From assembly GCA_017499595.2 (NCBI GenBank), contig CM038999.1, forward strand, positions 3,658,001 to 3,722,000: DNA of 64,000 bases. The letters are read 5' to 3'. The DNA is from Psilocybe cubensis. Taxonomy: Eukaryota. The position numbers and the translations under genes were made by a program. The notes under the pieces were generated by a model that worked only from the letters and a program-made list of their open reading frames with translations, did no database searches and was not told the DNA's origin. Shown piece by piece: positions 61,867 to 64,000 of the stretch. How positions within the stretch are numbered: position 1 is the stretch's first letter; every line of letters starts with the position of its first letter.

Positions 61867-63708
61867 ATGCAGAGTCAAAATCAAGCTACTGGGTTTATTC
61901 AGTCTTTCCAGCCCACCTCACACCATTCAGACGAATTGGAAACTCGCATCGCTCTGGCAAGGAAATCCCTCGACAACGAATTTCTACTAACCGATGGCGA
62001 ACTCGCCGAAGCGCTCGAAATTCTGGCAAACAATCTTTGCACTCGATTCGACAGAAGAGGAGAGATAAACGATATTGAAGAATCTATACACCTTCTCCGA
62101 CAAGCTGTTCCCCTTCGACCAATGGATCACGACAATCACCCCAGGTCCCTCATGTACCTGGCAAAATCTCTATTCTGGCGATATAGGAGAGAACTAAGTG
62201 GACAATATGACCTCGATGAAGCCATACTTCTGATGAGAAAGGCAATAGAGTTACTACCAGTAACACATGTCGAATTTCCTGGCTTTCTATTCCTCCTCGT
62301 CTTCTTGCTGACGGAACGATTTCGGGCACTCGGGGAGAAAGAGGATGCTAAAGCGTGCATGCCTCTCTATTGGAAAGCGCGAATCCATCCACAATCATGT
62401 ATCCTCGATTCTTCATGGCCAGGGTTACTTGATAAGCTTTCAGGGTCCCTTTTAATTCGGTACAGCATGTCAGATGATGAAGAGATTCTTGATCAGTCAA
62501 TTTCGGTTCGCAGGGAAGTTTTGAAACTGCTACCACCTATAGATCCTAGATTACCCCAGCAGATCCAAATACTTGCAGTGACACTAAATATCCGATACAA
62601 AAAAAGAGGCCAAAGACGTTCTGCTGATCTCGACGAAATGATTTCGTGCTACAGACAACATGTAGAGTTCCAATCGATACCGCCGCAGGACTTGCGTAAA
62701 TCTCGCGACGAACTTGCAACACTACTGGAAACTCGCTTCCAGGAAACGGATAATCAGTCGGATATTAACGAGTCCATATCAATTAGGCGGAAATTGCTTG
62801 AGCTCACCCCTGCAGGTCATCCCGATCGCGAAAAGGTGCTAACTTCCCTCGCATGGGTGCTGTATCTGCGGTTCACTGACACAACAAATCCTAAACCCAA
62901 CCGAAAAAAGCTGAACGAAGCAATTGCTTTGTGGAGGGAGTCTCTAAACACAACGTCACCAGTGGATCAATCCACCGCACTTGCTAACCTTGCCACGGGG
63001 CTAGATACCCGATTTGACCGAATAGGCGACAAAAAGGATTATGAAGAGGCAATGTCTCTCTACAGACGAGCCATGGCACTTCCTATTCCATTGAGTTCAC
63101 AATGGACCATGCTGCTCAAGAACTTTGCGTTTACCCTTGTTCGGTTCGATGATGACCGCTCCAAGGCGGACGTGGAACAGGCGATATGGCTTGCAAGAGA
63201 ATCCTTGCGGCTCTACGACGATATCGGCTCGTCATACGCTTTACCTGAGCACCTCAACCAACTAGGGTACGCCCTGTTAGTTCAAATCGAGGATTCTAAT
63301 GCGGAAGAAGGGGATTTGGAGGAGTGCATCTCTCTCCACAGGCGTGCTCTGAGCCTTCGAACTCCAGAAGATCCGTATTACATTGGCTCCCTCCGCAATC
63401 TCGCAGTATCGTTGCATTGGAGATTCAAGAAGTTTGGCCAGAAAGACAACTTGGAAGAGTCTATCTCTCTATTCAGGCAAGGCAAATTGCAGGACGATGA
63501 AAATATAGATATTTTGCGGAGACTTGCAGATGCTTTGGAGACCCGCTTCAACCTCAATAATCTAGCATATCAAAGCGACTTTCAGGAAATCGTATCCCTC
63601 AGGAAGGATGCTGACGAGCTTGAAGAAGAGAATACCGATGATGAAGATGACGAGGACGAGGATTCTGACGACGAGGAATCTGAGTCAGACGATGGCATGG
63701 ATATGTAA
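61867..63708 (+). CDS. Intronless TPR-repeat protein with an acidic C-terminal tail and no CHAT domain
   Basis: About a dozen LA..L..RF...G...DLEE.I repeats; D/E tail ending DDGMDM*. Confidence 0.88.
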   Translation: MQSQNQATGFIQSFQPTSHHSDELETRIALARKSLDNEFLLTDGELAEALEILANNLCTRFDRRGEINDIEESIHLLRQAVPLRPMDHDNHPRSLMYLAKSLFWRYRRELSGQYDLDEAILLMRKAIELLPVTHVEFPGFLFLLVFLLTERFRALGEKEDAKACMPLYWKARIHPQSCILDSSWPGLLDKLSGSLLIRYSMSDDEEILDQSISVRREVLKLLPPIDPRLPQQIQILAVTLNIRYKKRGQRRSADLDEMISCYRQHVEFQSIPPQDLRKSRDELATLLETRFQETDNQSDINESISIRRKLLELTPAGHPDREKVLTSLAWVLYLRFTDTTNPKPNRKKLNEAIALWRESLNTTSPVDQSTALANLATGLDTRFDRIGDKKDYEEAMSLYRRAMALPIPLSSQWTMLLKNFAFTLVRFDDDRSKADVEQAIWLARESLRLYDDIGSSYALPEHLNQLGYALLVQIEDSNAEEGDLEECISLHRRALSLRTPEDPYYIGSLRNLAVSLHWRFKKFGQKDNLEESISLFRQGKLQDDENIDILRRLADALETRFNLNNLAYQSDFQEIVSLRKDADELEEENTDDEDDEDEDSDDEESESDDGMDM

Positions 63709-64000
63709 TACCAAGCATGAAGGTTGGGAGGATGGATGGATGAGAGTGAATGTCGAGGTTCGAGCCATGTAATCCGTTTATGTGGAAATAAGGACAACGG
63801 TAATGGCAGCATTGTCGGGCGAGTGGCTGATACAGGAAGAGCAGCCGGGAATTGAAACAGAGATCCGAACGAGTTGATTTTGCACTAGTAACTGTATCTT
63901 CGGCGCATATATGCACTTTAATTGGAAAACCTTTTAGTCCAGTGGTTCAAACAAGCTTATTTAGACGGAGTTTGGGTCTCAGAGAGATGCTAGGCAAATG

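Overview
Intron-rich fungal nuclear DNA, most consistent with an Agaricales-type basidiomycete (many ~50-60 nt GT-AG introns; no prokaryotic features). Left 7.5 kb: the right part of a large DNA transposon, probably CACTA/EnSpm- or Plavaka-like. It contains a transposase-like C-terminus, a convergent TET/JBP 2OG-Fe(II) dioxygenase with intact catalytic motifs and a CpG-rich 45-bp tandem repeat, two accessory genes, and a candidate TIR ending at 7508. Middle: UTP20, a candidate structured ncRNA, a Zn-dependent formaldehyde-dehydrogenase-like gene, GCN1, a small membrane protein, a small secreted protein, an intronless PrpF-family isomerase, a beta-propeller lactonase, a thaumatin-like secreted protein, an HtrL/YibB-like protein, a carboxylesterase and a CFEM-GPI protein. 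Right 17 kb: an intact TPR-CHAT caspase-like protease, CCT8, an unknown gene, and three protease-less TPR paralogues. The TPR group may be a fungal sensor/decoy-protease module. All calls come from manual motif recognition and manual splicing; no searches were run. Spans of multi-exon genes include introns.
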